From NCBI GenBank assembly GCA_965262725.1, contig OZ253555.1:1216001-1280000 (forward strand): a DNA stretch of 64,000 bases, given 5' to 3'. Each line of letters starts with the position of its first letter. Position 1 is the stretch's first letter. This document shows positions 38,255-48,183 of the stretch, piece by piece. The position numbers and the translations under genes were made by a program. Under the pieces are notes generated by a model. It made no database searches, was not told the DNA's origin, and worked only from the letters and a program-made list of their open reading frames with translations. The DNA comes from Dehalococcoidia bacterium. GTDB lineage: Bacteria; Chloroflexota; Dehalococcoidia; UBA2979.

Positions 38255-39802
38255 CTACCACCAGCCCATGATCTGGCGGTGCGCCGACCACACGGTGGTT
38301 GTGGCGCCGAGGAAGGCGGGATCCAGAGCCCACGGATCGACGTCGGCGCGGAAGACCCAGCCGGTGTCGATCTCGGCGACGTGCGCACACGGCGCGAAGT
38401 CGAGCAGGTCGCGCTGGAGATCCTGGAACATCCCGGGCTGGTCGGCCGAGTCCGCGGCGTGCACGGCGCGGATGCGCGTCGTCCACTCCCGGTCGAGGTT
38501 GTTCTTGCCGCCCCACATCCCCATCGGCGGGTCGTAGTCGTGCGCCAGGTCGTACATTGGCTCGTAGAGCGCGTGCCCGCATTCCTCCTTGAACCACAAC
38601 GGGACCTTGGTGCCGAACGGGAGCTGCGTGTCGAGCCGGACATCGACCTGGATCCCGAGCGGGATCAGGGCCTGCTGAGCGATGTGCGCGAAGCGCAGCG
38701 ACTCGTACGACGGCTTGATCCAGAGTTCCGTCTCGAAACCGTCGGGATGACCGCTCTCCTTCATCAGCGTGCGCGCACGCTCCACGTCGTAGCGGTAGGG
38801 GTCGTGCTCCGCCGAGTGAAACTCAGAGGTGGAGCAGATCGGGCTGTGACTCGGCCGTGCATGGCCCCCGTAGACCTTGTCGAGGATGCGCTCGTAGGGG
38901 AGCGCGTAGCAGATCGCCTGCCGCACCTTCTGGTCGTCGAAGGGCGCCTCGACCCAGTTGAACTCGAGTGTCGAGTGGTTGGCGCGCACCTTCCGCGTCG
39001 TGAACTCCGGGCGCCGGGCGTAGCGTGCCAGCTCCTCCGGGTAGAGGCCGAGCGCCATGTTCGCCTCGCCCGTGTCGAGCAGGCGCAGACCCTCCTCTCG
39101 CCCGTCGACGCCGACTTGGACGATGGAGTCGACGCCGGGGCGCCCCATCCAGTGCTCGGCGCGCGCCGAGTACTGGATCTCATCATCGGTCTGCCGCTCG
39201 ACCGCGAACTGGCCGAAGCCGCAGGCGTTGCGCGCGAGCCATGCCGTCGCCCAGGGATCCTCAGCGGTGGCGTGCCGCCGCGCCTCGGTGGAGTCGACGA
39301 CGTTGCCCGAGGCGAAGAGCAGGTACTGCGGGAACTGCGGGTTGGCGCCCCGGAGGCGGAAGCGCACTGTGTAGGTGTCGACGGCCTCCACGTCCTCGGC
39401 GGCGTTGATCCCGGCGAGGCGACGCAGCCTCCAGAGCCCGACGCCCCGCAGCGCGAAGACGCGCTGGACCATCCACACGACGTCCTCGGCCGTCAGCTCG
39501 TTACCGGCGTGGCTGCGCACGCCGGAGCGCACGCGGACCGTCCACGTGCGAGCGCCGTCTGTGGACTCCCAGCTTTCCGCGAGCCGACCCTGGAGTTCAC
39601 TCGCTACGGGGTACCGGGTCCCGTCGGCATCGAACGCGATCTTCGGGGTCGTCAGCGGATCGTAGGGAATGTGGATCGTGTGGTACGGCGCGGGCTGCGC
39701 AGCGCCTCCGAGGTGCGGCTGGTCGGGATCCCACCCGGCTTGGATGCCGCTACGCCTCTCCACCGGCCACACGAGATTCTTCGGAGACGGACCGCTCGCC
39801 AT
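38255..39802 (-). CDS. family 5 (peptide/nickel-type) solute-binding-like protein without signal peptide
   Basis: LAESWES.DG..TWTVRVRSGVRSHAGNELTAEDV, VDTYTVRFRL, PFDDQKVRQAI, YDVERARTLMKESG; TATGAT -10 upstream. Confidence 0.85.
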   Translation of the reverse strand: MASGPSPKNLVWPVERRSGIQAGWDPDQPHLGGAAQPAPYHTIHIPYDPLTTPKIAFDADGTRYPVASELQGRLAESWESTDGARTWTVRVRSGVRSHAGNELTAEDVVWMVQRVFALRGVGLWRLRRLAGINAAEDVEAVDTYTVRFRLRGANPQFPQYLLFASGNVVDSTEARRHATAEDPWATAWLARNACGFGQFAVERQTDDEIQYSARAEHWMGRPGVDSIVQVGVDGREEGLRLLDTGEANMALGLYPEELARYARRPEFTTRKVRANHSTLEFNWVEAPFDDQKVRQAICYALPYERILDKVYGGHARPSHSPICSTSEFHSAEHDPYRYDVERARTLMKESGHPDGFETELWIKPSYESLRFAHIAQQALIPLGIQVDVRLDTQLPFGTKVPLWFKEECGHALYEPMYDLAHDYDPPMGMWGGKNNLDREWTTRIRAVHAADSADQPGMFQDLQRDLLDFAPCAHVAEIDTGWVFRADVDPWALDPAFLGATTTVWSAHRQIMGWW

Positions 39803-40032
39803 GTTCTGCTTCCCCCTGACTGCCGCCGCATCATACGGAACGGCCCGGCCCCTGTGCATTCGGGAAGCCGCCGGAGCGGTCGCGGAGGGATGCGAGGGTG
39901 CGACCCGAATGTGCGCGTGGCTGGCGGGCGCAGCCGCCGCGTTGGCCCGAACCGCCGGCCACGCCGTACCCTCCTGCCGGAAGGCCTCCCCATCCCGGGG
40001 TCGAGGGCACCGAAGCGATCGTCGGGGGCAAC

Positions 40033-40896
40033 GTGGCCGAACGGACACGCCGCCGCCTGCTTGAGACGCCACACGGCTACATGGAGTGCCGGGAGGTGGG
40101 CCGCGGCGCCCCGCTCATCCTGCTGCACGCGACTCCCACGTCCTCAGCGATGTACGCCGATCTCCTGCCCCATCTGGCCGCCGGCTTCCCGGGGGAGGGC
40201 ACTGGCGTGCGCGCGTTCGCACTCAGCACCATGGGCTACGGCGCCTCCGACCGTCCGCCGGCGCCCTATACGACCGTCCGCGAGTTCTCGCAGGCGGTGG
40301 TATGGGGGATGGACGCGCTCGGCGTGGAGCGCGCCGACGTGTTCGCCACGCACACGGGTGCCGTGATCGGTGTCGAGCTCGCCGCGACCTGGCCGGAGCG
40401 TGTCTCCGCGCTCATCCTCGAGGAGATCAACGACTACAACAACGACGAGGGCCGCGCCTTTCACGAGGGGCGCCACTTTTTCCGCGAGCCCCGCGCGGAC
40501 GGCGACCACCTGCTCGAGCTCTGGTCCGACCTCGCCGTGCTCGGACCGAGCCCCAGCCTGCGGCTCTCCGGCGAACGCTACCTCGACACCCTGCGCGTCA
40601 ACGCGCTGGCCCCGGATGGGGCGTACTTCCATATGGGATGGCGGGGCGCGGGTCCATACACGATCTGCCGCTATCCCCTCTGGGAGCGGCTGCCGCTCGT
40701 GAGCGCGCCCGCGCTGATCATCCACGGGACGAACAGCCGCATCCGCCCGCTGCACGAGCGCGTCGTCGAGGCACTCCCGGACGCGCGTGGCGTGCTGGTA
40801 CCGAGCCGCGCCGTCTTCACGCCGAACGAGAATCCCGCGCTGCTGGCTCGCATCACGCTCGCGTTCCTGCGTGAGCACGGCCTGGCGTCGGCGTAG
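40033..40896 (+). CDS. alpha/beta fold hydrolase-like protein with non-canonical elbow (ATHTG)
   Basis: ETPHGYMECREVGRG, LLHATPTSS, TMGYGASD, VFATHTGAVIG. Confidence 0.82.
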   Translation: MAERTRRRLLETPHGYMECREVGRGAPLILLHATPTSSAMYADLLPHLAAGFPGEGTGVRAFALSTMGYGASDRPPAPYTTVREFSQAVVWGMDALGVERADVFATHTGAVIGVELAATWPERVSALILEEINDYNNDEGRAFHEGRHFFREPRADGDHLLELWSDLAVLGPSPSLRLSGERYLDTLRVNALAPDGAYFHMGWRGAGPYTICRYPLWERLPLVSAPALIIHGTNSRIRPLHERVVEALPDARGVLVPSRAVFTPNENPALLARITLAFLREHGLASA

Positions 40897-40918
40897 GGGT
40901 CGGGGAGGGGGGATCCGG

Positions 40919-41467
40919 ATGATCGACGAGCGGCTGATGGCGATCCGCGACTTCATCTCGTCGCGCGAGGCGGGGGTGACGAGCTTCCTCACGACCGTGA
41001 ATCGCTACGGCGACGCCTACGTGCGGCAGGTGAGCTGCCTGGTCGAGAACTTCGAGTCGGGGCTGCGGCTCGGGACCATCGGCCGCGTCCGTGAGGGCGA
41101 CCTGAAGGCGCGCCACCTCGCGGACAACCCCCGCGTCACGATGCACTGGGTGCAGACGGAGGGGATGGGCATCGGCCCGAGCGGGCGCGCCGCCCGCAAC
41201 GTGACCGTGCAGGCGGACGTCGAGATCGTGCGCGATGAGGCCGGGATCCGCGACTTCTTGGAGCGCCGGTCGCGGGCGTGGGGACAAGGCACCAACCTCG
41301 AGGTCGACTACGAGCGCTACGTGATGGTGATGGCTCCGCGCAGGCTGCGGGCAGAGGGCTTCAGCGAGGTCTTCGAGGAGATCGTGGTCCTCACGGATTT
41401 CGCGCATCCGGAGCGCTACCGCGTGGTCAACTACCGCGCGGGCATCGGACCCTCGCGCGGGGCGTGA
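40919..41467 (+). CDS. pyridoxamine 5'-phosphate oxidase-like (split beta-barrel) flavin/F420-binding protein
   Basis: FLTTVNRYGDAYVR, KARHLADNPRVT, VTVQADVEIV, VMAPRR. Confidence 0.7.
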   Translation: MIDERLMAIRDFISSREAGVTSFLTTVNRYGDAYVRQVSCLVENFESGLRLGTIGRVREGDLKARHLADNPRVTMHWVQTEGMGIGPSGRAARNVTVQADVEIVRDEAGIRDFLERRSRAWGQGTNLEVDYERYVMVMAPRRLRAEGFSEVFEEIVVLTDFAHPERYRVVNYRAGIGPSRGA

Positions 41468-41624
41468 CTGGAACGGGAGCCTTCTCCGGCGCGGTGGCCT
41501 TCGCCGCGCCTCGCCGTGGACGCGCGCCGCGGCGGGGAGTCGCCTCCGGGGTGCACGTGGCCGCGTGGCCCAACCGGGCGCACGCTCCCTCGCCGGGCGC
41601 GCGGCCGCGGGGTCGGCGCCTCGC

Positions 41625-43166
41625 TCAGCGGATCGCCGGCAGCACGTACCGAGCCGCCGACCACATCAGGCTCGAGAGCGGGAGGTACGCCGGACTGAGG
41701 AACCAGGGGTGCAGCCCCTCCCGCACGGCGACCACGTAGCTGTGCCCCGCGAGCGGGACCACGGCGGCGCCGTCGAGGAGGTCGATCTGCAGCTGCTGAT
41801 ACATGGCGGGCTGATACTGCGCGGGGGCCTGGCGGATCGCGCGCATCATGGAGGTCAGGCGCAGCGACTCGAAGAGCCGCCCCGGCATGCCGCGCGGCGC
41901 GGCGAAGTCGATGCCGAGATCGTAGTGAGGGTCGGCGATGCCGTGGCTGCAGTCGCCGCGCAGGTACATCTCGGGGACCTCGCCCGCGCCCAGGTCGTCG
42001 ATCGCCACCACGCGGACCACGAGCCCGGCGCCCTCGAGCGCCTCGGCGACGAGCGCGCCGATGCGCGCCCCCTCGGCCGATCCGGGGACGGCGAAGGTGA
42101 CGGCGGCGCCGGCTGCGCCCGCGTCGGAGACAAGCCGACGTGCGTGCGCGACGTCTGTGTCGTAGGCCCAGCCGGACTCGTTGTAGCCCGGCGTGTTCCG
42201 CTGGTAGATCCCGCGCTGCGCCTCGGCGAATCCGAGGTAACCCTCCTCCACGATGCGCTCGTAGGGAACGGAGCGGAGGACCGCCTCGCGAATCGCGCGG
42301 TTCCGGAAGGGCGCGCGAGAGTGGTCCAGCTCGATGGTGGCGTGGTTTGTGCGGCCGAGCAGCAACCGCGTGCCGACGAGGCGCTCGACGCGCCGCGCCT
42401 CGTCAGGATAGAGGCCGGCCAGGACGTTCACCTCGCCCGCCTCGAAGAGCTCGAGGCCTCGCTCCCGCGTCGGCGCGGCGACGTAGGCGACCCCGTCGAC
42501 GGGGGGATCGCCGCCCCAGAACTCGGCCCTCGGGGCGAGCTCGAGCCGCTCCGCGTCGCGACGCGTCATCGTGAAGGCGCCAAAGCCGCAGGGGATGTCG
42601 GCGAGGTAGTCCGTCGACCAGGGGTCGGCGGCGGTCGCGTGCCGTCGGGCCTCGGTGGAGTCGATGATCGCGGCCGTGGCGTAGCTGAGGAAGCGCGGGA
42701 AGTCGGGGCAGTGTCCGTCGATCCGGAACTCGACGCGGTGTCGATCGAGGGGGCGCACGCCCCCCTCGCGGGCGACGCCGGCGATGGTGGAGGCGCGCCA
42801 CATCCCGATCGCCCGGAGCGCGAACACGCGCTCGTAGCTCCACGCGACGTCCTCCGCCGCCAGCTCGTTTCCGGCGTGGCTTCGCACCCCCTCCCTGAGG
42901 GTGACGACCCAGCGGCTGGCGTCGTCGTGGGGCTCGAAGGAGCGGGCGAGGCGACCGACCATCCGGGAGTAGTCGGCGTAGGAGCGGCCGTCGGGCAGCG
43001 TATCGATGGTCGGCGCTGCGAGCGCATCGAAGACGTGGTACGCGAGGTGGTAGGGGCGCGCGGGCCCGCGCCCGACGTTGCCGCTCGGCGGATCGCAGTC
43101 GAGCGCCGCCTCAGTGGACTCCATCGCCATGACGAGCGTGCGCCCGCCCGGGGCCGCCTGCGCCAA
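41625..43166 (-). CDS. family 5 solute-binding-like protein without signal peptide (paralog of 38255-39802)
   Basis: LREGVRSHAGNELAAEDV, DSTEARRHATAADPW, PFRNRAIREAV; TTG start after a GGAGGAG RBS. Confidence 0.85.
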   Translation of the reverse strand: MAQAAPGGRTLVMAMESTEAALDCDPPSGNVGRGPARPYHLAYHVFDALAAPTIDTLPDGRSYADYSRMVGRLARSFEPHDDASRWVVTLREGVRSHAGNELAAEDVAWSYERVFALRAIGMWRASTIAGVAREGGVRPLDRHRVEFRIDGHCPDFPRFLSYATAAIIDSTEARRHATAADPWSTDYLADIPCGFGAFTMTRRDAERLELAPRAEFWGGDPPVDGVAYVAAPTRERGLELFEAGEVNVLAGLYPDEARRVERLVGTRLLLGRTNHATIELDHSRAPFRNRAIREAVLRSVPYERIVEEGYLGFAEAQRGIYQRNTPGYNESGWAYDTDVAHARRLVSDAGAAGAAVTFAVPGSAEGARIGALVAEALEGAGLVVRVVAIDDLGAGEVPEMYLRGDCSHGIADPHYDLGIDFAAPRGMPGRLFESLRLTSMMRAIRQAPAQYQPAMYQQLQIDLLDGAAVVPLAGHSYVVAVREGLHPWFLSPAYLPLSSLMWSAARYVLPAIR

Positions 43167-43219
43167 CGCTCCTCCCTCCCAGTCGACGATCGAGTGGGCC
43201 GCCGGGCGTGACTGGCCGG

Positions 43220-43615
43220 TTACGCCTCTTCAAAGTCGAGCGAGAGCGAGTTGATGCAGTAGCGCTCGCCCGTGGGCTGCGGACCATCCGGGAAAACGTG
43301 GCCGAGGTGAGAACCGCAGCGACCGCACGAGACCTCGGTGCGGATCATCCCGTAGCCGACGTCCGTCTCCATCTCCACGGACTGCTCGGCGACCGGCTCC
43401 CAGAAGCTGGGCCAGCCGGTGCCGGAATCGTACTTGGTGGAGGAGCGGAAGAGCTCGCCGCCGCAGGCGGCGCAGCAGTAGGTGCCGTCCCCCTTCTCGT
43501 CGACGTGGCGGCCGCTGAAGGGCGGCTCGGTGCCGCGCTCGCGGAGCACGTGAAACTCCTCCGGCGTGAGCCTCTGTCGCCACTCCTGATCGTCGCGCGC
43601 GATGCTCTTCGTCAT
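43220..43615 (-). CDS. msrB: peptide-methionine (R)-S-oxide reductase
   Basis: GTEPPFSG, CAACG, KYDSGTGWPSF, CGRCGSHLGHVFPDGPQPTGERYCINS. Confidence 0.97.
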   Translation of the reverse strand: MTKSIARDDQEWRQRLTPEEFHVLRERGTEPPFSGRHVDEKGDGTYCCAACGGELFRSSTKYDSGTGWPSFWEPVAEQSVEMETDVGYGMIRTEVSCGRCGSHLGHVFPDGPQPTGERYCINSLSLDFEEA

Positions 43616-43738
43616 ACCCGCCCCCTGCCGCGCGTTCCACGATGTCGGGGGACAGCGTACCAGCAGAGACGGGGTGACCGACGGGCGCGCAGGGAGCCCC
43701 GCCCCCCGTCCCCCCGCCCTGGGCGTACACTCGCCACC

Positions 43739-44815
43739 GTGAGCAGCCTGCGCGTCGGCGTGATCGGGGCGGGCTTCGGTGCCGCCGTCCACGCTCCCGC
43801 CTTCCTGTCGGAGGGCTGGGAGGTCGTGGCGCTGTGGGGACGCTCGCCCGGGCGGACGCGGGAGGCCGCGCAGCGGCTCGGCGTCGCGGCGTGGGAAGAG
43901 AGCTGGCGCGATCTGGTCGAGCGCGAGGACATCGACGCGGTCGCCGTCGCCACGCCTCCGGCGCCCCACCGGGAGATGGTGCTCGCCGCGATCGCGGCCG
44001 GCAAGCACGTGCTCTGCGAGAAGCCCTTCGCGCTCGACGCCGCCGAGGCGGCGGAGATGGTGTCGGCGGCGCGCGGTGCTGGCGTCACCGCGATGATCGC
44101 CCACGAGTTCCGGCATGCTCCCCAGCGCTCGCACATCCGCCGCCTGCTCGATGAGGGCTACATCGGCGAGCCGCGCTTCGCGTCGATCGAGCTGTTGATC
44201 GGGAGGCCGCCGGCTGCCGAGCCGCCGCCTTTCACGTGGGGGGCGCGCGCGGCCGACGGCGGCGGCCTCCTCGGGGCGCTCGGCTCGCACTACATCGACG
44301 GGCTCCGCCACTGGTTCGGCGACGCGCGGGAGGCGAGCGGCCGGCTCTCGGTGTCGCGGCCGGAGCGCCGCGACACCGCCAGCGGCGCCGCCGCGACCGC
44401 CGACGCCGACGACACGTTCACCTTCCAGCTGGGCTTCGAATCGGGCGTCTTCGCCACGATGACCGCCAGCTCGGCGGCGTCCCCCGCCGCGGGGGCGCGG
44501 GTCCACGTCGTCGGTTCGGAGGGAGTTCTCGCGGCCGAGCAACGGGGACCGAATCCCGAGCCCAACGGCGTCGTCTCGGGCGGCCGCGCCGGCGACGGCC
44601 GCCTCCGCGAACTGGCGATGCCCCCGGAGCTCGTTCCCTTCGACGACGACCGCGACCACCGGCTGATGGCGTTCCGCTTGCTCGTCCGCGACTTCGGGCG
44701 AGGCATCCGAGAGCGTCGCTCCCCCGCCCCCTCCTTCGAGGACGGGGCCGCGACCCAGCGGGTGCTCGACGCCGTGCGCGAATCGGCGGCCGCGGGTCGC
44801 GTCGTCGCGCTCTAG
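43739..44815 (+). CDS. Gfo/Idh/MocA family oxidoreductase
   Basis: VGVIGAGFG, DIDAVAVATP, GKHVLCEKP, GGGLLGALGSHYID; TACACT 7 nt before the GTG. Confidence 0.92.
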   Translation: MSSLRVGVIGAGFGAAVHAPAFLSEGWEVVALWGRSPGRTREAAQRLGVAAWEESWRDLVEREDIDAVAVATPPAPHREMVLAAIAAGKHVLCEKPFALDAAEAAEMVSAARGAGVTAMIAHEFRHAPQRSHIRRLLDEGYIGEPRFASIELLIGRPPAAEPPPFTWGARAADGGGLLGALGSHYIDGLRHWFGDAREASGRLSVSRPERRDTASGAAATADADDTFTFQLGFESGVFATMTASSAASPAAGARVHVVGSEGVLAAEQRGPNPEPNGVVSGGRAGDGRLRELAMPPELVPFDDDRDHRLMAFRLLVRDFGRGIRERRSPAPSFEDGAATQRVLDAVRESAAAGRVVAL

Positions 44816-44929
44816 TTCGCGCGACCTCGCGTGCCAGCCCGGATTCACCGGGAGCGTAGACGGTTCATCCCCCGCCTGGCACGGTCGACCGCGCGGCGAC
44901 AGTCGCGCGGCCTCGGTGGAGGGAGCCCG

Positions 44930-45328
44930 ATGGTGCTGAGCTACGAGCAGGCGGAGCGGGCGCTGCGAGCAGGGATCGCGCGGGCGCGTGAGCTCGATGC
45001 GCGAGTCGGGATCGCCATCGTCGACGAGCGCGGCTACACCGTGTCGGCGGGGCGGATGGACGGGACGCGGGCTTTCGCGGCGGACATCGCGGCGGGGAAG
45101 GCGCGCGCCGCCGCGCTCTTCGGCCTCCCGAGCGGCTCGATCGACGTCTCGGAGCAGGTCGCGCTGGCGGCGGCGGAGCTGCACGGGGGCCGGTTCGTGC
45201 GCTCGCGGGGCGGCGTCCCGATTCGCATCCGCGGGGAGCTCGCGGGAGGGATCGGTGCCGGCGGAAGCTCCGCGGCGAACGACGAGATCATCGCGCAGGC
45301 CGGCGCCGACGCCGCGACCGAGGACTAG
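44930..45328 (+). CDS. GlcG/HbpS family heme-binding protein
   Basis: IAIVDERG...RMDG...IAAGKARAAA...GGVPI...GGIGAGG...DEIIAQAG. Confidence 0.88.
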   Translation: MVLSYEQAERALRAGIARARELDARVGIAIVDERGYTVSAGRMDGTRAFAADIAAGKARAAALFGLPSGSIDVSEQVALAAAELHGGRFVRSRGGVPIRIRGELAGGIGAGGSSAANDEIIAQAGADAATED

Positions 45329-45372
45329 GCTCGGCTGTCGCGCCTCCCTGGTCGGGGGACCGTGGGCGGCCG

Positions 45373-45630
45373 CTACCCTCCCGTCCCCGACCCGATCACC
45401 GAGAGAAGGGCGTAGAGCACGAGAATCGCGATCATGGGCGTGATGTCGACCATGCCGATGCGGGGGATGAGGCGCCGTAGCGGCCCGAGCACCGGCTCCG
45501 TCACGGCGTCGAGGCCGCGCAGCAGCGGCCCGCTGCGGTCGATCGGGAACCAGGTGATGATCGCGCGGATGAAGATCGCGAAAATCAGCCCCTGGATCAT
45601 CACCTCGATGAGTGCGACGAGCACTGCCAC
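45373..45630 (-). CDS. yggT: YggT family membrane protein
   Basis: RAIITWF...VTEPVLGPLRRLIPRIGMVDITPMIA; lies in the yggS-proC-yggT context. Confidence 0.9.
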   Translation of the reverse strand: MAVLVALIEVMIQGLIFAIFIRAIITWFPIDRSGPLLRGLDAVTEPVLGPLRRLIPRIGMVDITPMIAILVLYALLSVIGSGTGG

Positions 45631-45632
45631 TG

Positions 45633-46433
45633 TTACTCTCCGAGTTCCTGCGCACGTGAGTAGGCCGCCTCGATGGCGTCGTCGAAGGCTGCCCGCACGC
45701 CTGCGGCCTCGAGCTCCGCGATAGCGGCGGCGGTCGTGCCCCCGGGCGAGGTCACAGCGTAGCGTAGCTCAGCGGGCGCCGTCTCGCTCACCATCGCGTA
45801 ACGCGCGGCGCCGGCGACCGTGGCCAGCACCAGGCGCTGCGCATCCGAGCGCTTCATCCCGAGGCGGACGCCCGACTCGATCATCGACTCGACCACCATG
45901 TAGACGTAGGCGGGTCCGGATCCGTGCACGGCCGTCGCGAGGTCGATCGCATCATCGTCCCCGACCTCCACCACGACGTCCGAGACGGCGGAGAGGACGT
46001 GCTGGACCGTCTCCTGCTGGGTTGAGGAGAGGTCCGCCGCAGCGTAGTAGACGGTGGCTCCCTCGCCGATGGCGGCGGGGAGGTTCGGCATCACGCGCAC
46101 GCTGACCCGGTGCCGCGCGTGCCGCTGCACGTCGGCGAGCCGGATGCCGGCCGCGATCGAGAGCAGGACCGCCGAGGTCGGGATCGCGCCCGCCAGCGCC
46201 TGCACTGCAGCCTCGAAGTCCTGCGGCTTGATCGCGACCAGCACGACGTCGGCGCCGATGCAGGCGCTCTCCGCGTCATCGGTGATGCGGACGCCATGCT
46301 CGCTCAGAGCGGTGCGCCGCGCCGCCGAGATCTCGGCGACCGCGATCTCGGAGGGGCTCGCGACCTCGGCGCGCAGCAAGCCGCGCAGGAACGCCTCGCC
46401 CATGAACCCGCCGCCGATGATCCCGACCCGCAC
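45633..46433 (-). CDS. proC: pyrroline-5-carboxylate reductase
   Basis: GIIGGGFMG, AIKPQ, SIAAGI, RVMPNLP, GSGPAYVY, VTSPGGTT. Confidence 0.95.
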   Translation of the reverse strand: MRVGIIGGGFMGEAFLRGLLRAEVASPSEIAVAEISAARRTALSEHGVRITDDAESACIGADVVLVAIKPQDFEAAVQALAGAIPTSAVLLSIAAGIRLADVQRHARHRVSVRVMPNLPAAIGEGATVYYAAADLSSTQQETVQHVLSAVSDVVVEVGDDDAIDLATAVHGSGPAYVYMVVESMIESGVRLGMKRSDAQRLVLATVAGAARYAMVSETAPAELRYAVTSPGGTTAAAIAELEAAGVRAAFDDAIEAAYSRAQELGE

Positions 46434-47185
46434 TAGCCTGCTCCAGTCACCCGCTCGCCGAACAGAACGCGCCCGATTCGCACGATCGTCGCCCCCTCCT
46501 CGACGGCGACGCGGTAGTCGCTCGTCATCCCCATCGAGAGTCCGGCGAGCCCGTGCTCCCGGGCTAGGCGCGCGAGCGCGCGAAAATGCGACCTCGCGGA
46601 CTCCGGCTCCCCCTCGGGGGCGACCGTCATTAGTCCGCGCACGGCAACGGCCTCGCTTGAGCGTGCCGCATCGAGCAGGGCCGGCAGCCCGTCGGGCAAT
46701 ACGCCGTGCTTGGCGGGATCGCCCGCCACGTTCACCTGAAGGTAGCAGGGGAGAGGGGATGCGGCACCCCCGCCCGTGTCCCGGAGTCGGGCTTGCTCGC
46801 GCTCGATCGCGGCAAGGAGTCGCTCCGAGTCCAGCGAGTGAAGGCAGGTGATGAGCGGCAGCACGTCGCGCACCTTGTTGCGCTGTACGTGCCCGATGAA
46901 GTGCCACCGCGGTGCCCGCCCGGCGCTCGGGGGCTCCGCGTTCGGCTTCCCCTCGTCGGCGAGAGTTCGCACCTTCGGTCCGAGTTCCTGAGCCCTGCTC
47001 TCCCCAAGGTCGGCGAGACCGGCCGCGAGCGCGTCGCGGGCCCGCGCGACGGGGTGCCCCTTGGTCACGGCGACGATCGTCACCTCGTCAGCCCCGCGCC
47101 CGGCGCGCGCGCACGCCTCGGCGATCTCAGCGCGGAGGGAGGTGAGCGCCGGGACCAGATCGACGGAAGGCGAGGTGGCCGTCAT
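46433..47185 (-). CDS. yggS: YggS family PLP homeostasis protein (alternative start 47212)
   Basis: VAVTKG, GESRAQE, WHFIGHVQRNK, LQVNV, GLMT, LSMGMTSDY..AVEEGATIVRIG. Confidence 0.93.
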   Translation of the reverse strand: MTATSPSVDLVPALTSLRAEIAEACARAGRGADEVTIVAVTKGHPVARARDALAAGLADLGESRAQELGPKVRTLADEGKPNAEPPSAGRAPRWHFIGHVQRNKVRDVLPLITCLHSLDSERLLAAIEREQARLRDTGGGAASPLPCYLQVNVAGDPAKHGVLPDGLPALLDAARSSEAVAVRGLMTVAPEGEPESARSHFRALARLAREHGLAGLSMGMTSDYRVAVEEGATIVRIGRVLFGERVTGAG

Positions 47186-47245
47186 CGGGGGCTCGCCAGC
47201 TGGCGGCCGCATGCCGGGCGTGCTGGACGTTGGGGCGCCACTCCG

Positions 47246-47494
47246 TCAGCGCGCCGGAGGACCGCGGCGTCGGCCACGGAGCGAGATCGCGATCACGACC
47301 GCGACTCCGAGCGCCAGGTAGGTGAGGCCGGCGAGCGCGTGCAGATCGAACAGGACGAAGGCGAGCGCGAGGAGCACGACGACGGCCGCGGCGAACAGGG
47401 CAAAGCCGAACAGGATGCCGTAACTGTCCAGCGCTATCGCGAACGCCTGGCGCCAGCTGTTCGGCGGCGGGTCGTCGGGGTCTGTCCATCGCAT
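47246..47494 (-). CDS. small membrane protein (two TM helices)
   Basis: MRWTDPDDPPPNSW followed by two hydrophobic helices and a basic tail; TACACT 6 nt before the ATG. Confidence 0.7.
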   Translation of the reverse strand: MRWTDPDDPPPNSWRQAFAIALDSYGILFGFALFAAAVVVLLALAFVLFDLHALAGLTYLALGVAVVIAISLRGRRRGPPAR

Positions 47495-47598
47495 GGAACG
47501 AGTGTACGCGTCACGCCGTGCGCTCGCCGCCACCGGGGCCGGCGTGACCGGGCGCGATCCGCGTCGGCGGATCTCTTCGCTGCCCGTGTCCCCCTCGC

Positions 47599-48183
47599 CT
47601 AGGTTGCCGCGGCGGGTCCGGCCATGCGCTCACGGGCCTCGGCGATGGAGAGGGGCACCTCCGGGAGCTCGGCGGTGCCCTCGACGATGCGATCGGCCTC
47701 ATCTCCGAAGAGCCGCGGTTGATCGGCCGGCCGCCGCGGTGAGAGCGCGAGGCGGTGCAGCTCATCCAGCATGTCGTCGACAGAGAGGAAGTCTCGGTAG
47801 TCGGAGGCGAAGCGGATGTAAGCGATGGGATCGAGGCGGCGGAGGTGCATAATCGCCATCTCCCCGATCACGCGACTCTCCAGCTCCGGTCGACCGCTGG
47901 CCACGAGCCGTGCCTCGATCGCCTCGACGACGGCATCGAGTGCGCCGGCCGGCAGCGGGCGCTTCCCGGCGGCCCGGCGCAGCCCCTCGAAGAGCTTGCC
48001 CCGCTGAAAGGGCTCGCGGCGCCCGTCCCGCTTCACGACGAGCATCGGCTCCCCTCGCAGGCGCTCGTCCGTGACGAAGCGCTCCCGGCAGGCGGGGCAT
48101 TCGCGCCGCCGCCGCACGCTCTCGCCGGAGGCGCGGGCGTCTAGGACGCGTGTGGAGTCAGAGCCACAGGAGGGGCATCGCAT
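47599..48183 (-). CDS. nrdR: transcriptional repressor NrdR
   Basis: MRCPSC...VRRRRECPAC..RF.T.E, VVKRDGRREPF ATP-cone, LDPIAYIRFAS. Confidence 0.96.
   Translation of the reverse strand: MRCPSCGSDSTRVLDARASGESVRRRRECPACRERFVTDERLRGEPMLVVKRDGRREPFQRGKLFEGLRRAAGKRPLPAGALDAVVEAIEARLVASGRPELESRVIGEMAIMHLRRLDPIAYIRFASDYRDFLSVDDMLDELHRLALSPRRPADQPRLFGDEADRIVEGTAELPEVPLSIAEARERMAGPAAAT

Noticed and set aside
43220-43615. MsrB as a third selenoprotein
   Set aside because: The catalytic residue is an ordinary Cys (RYCINS) and there is no in-frame TGA.
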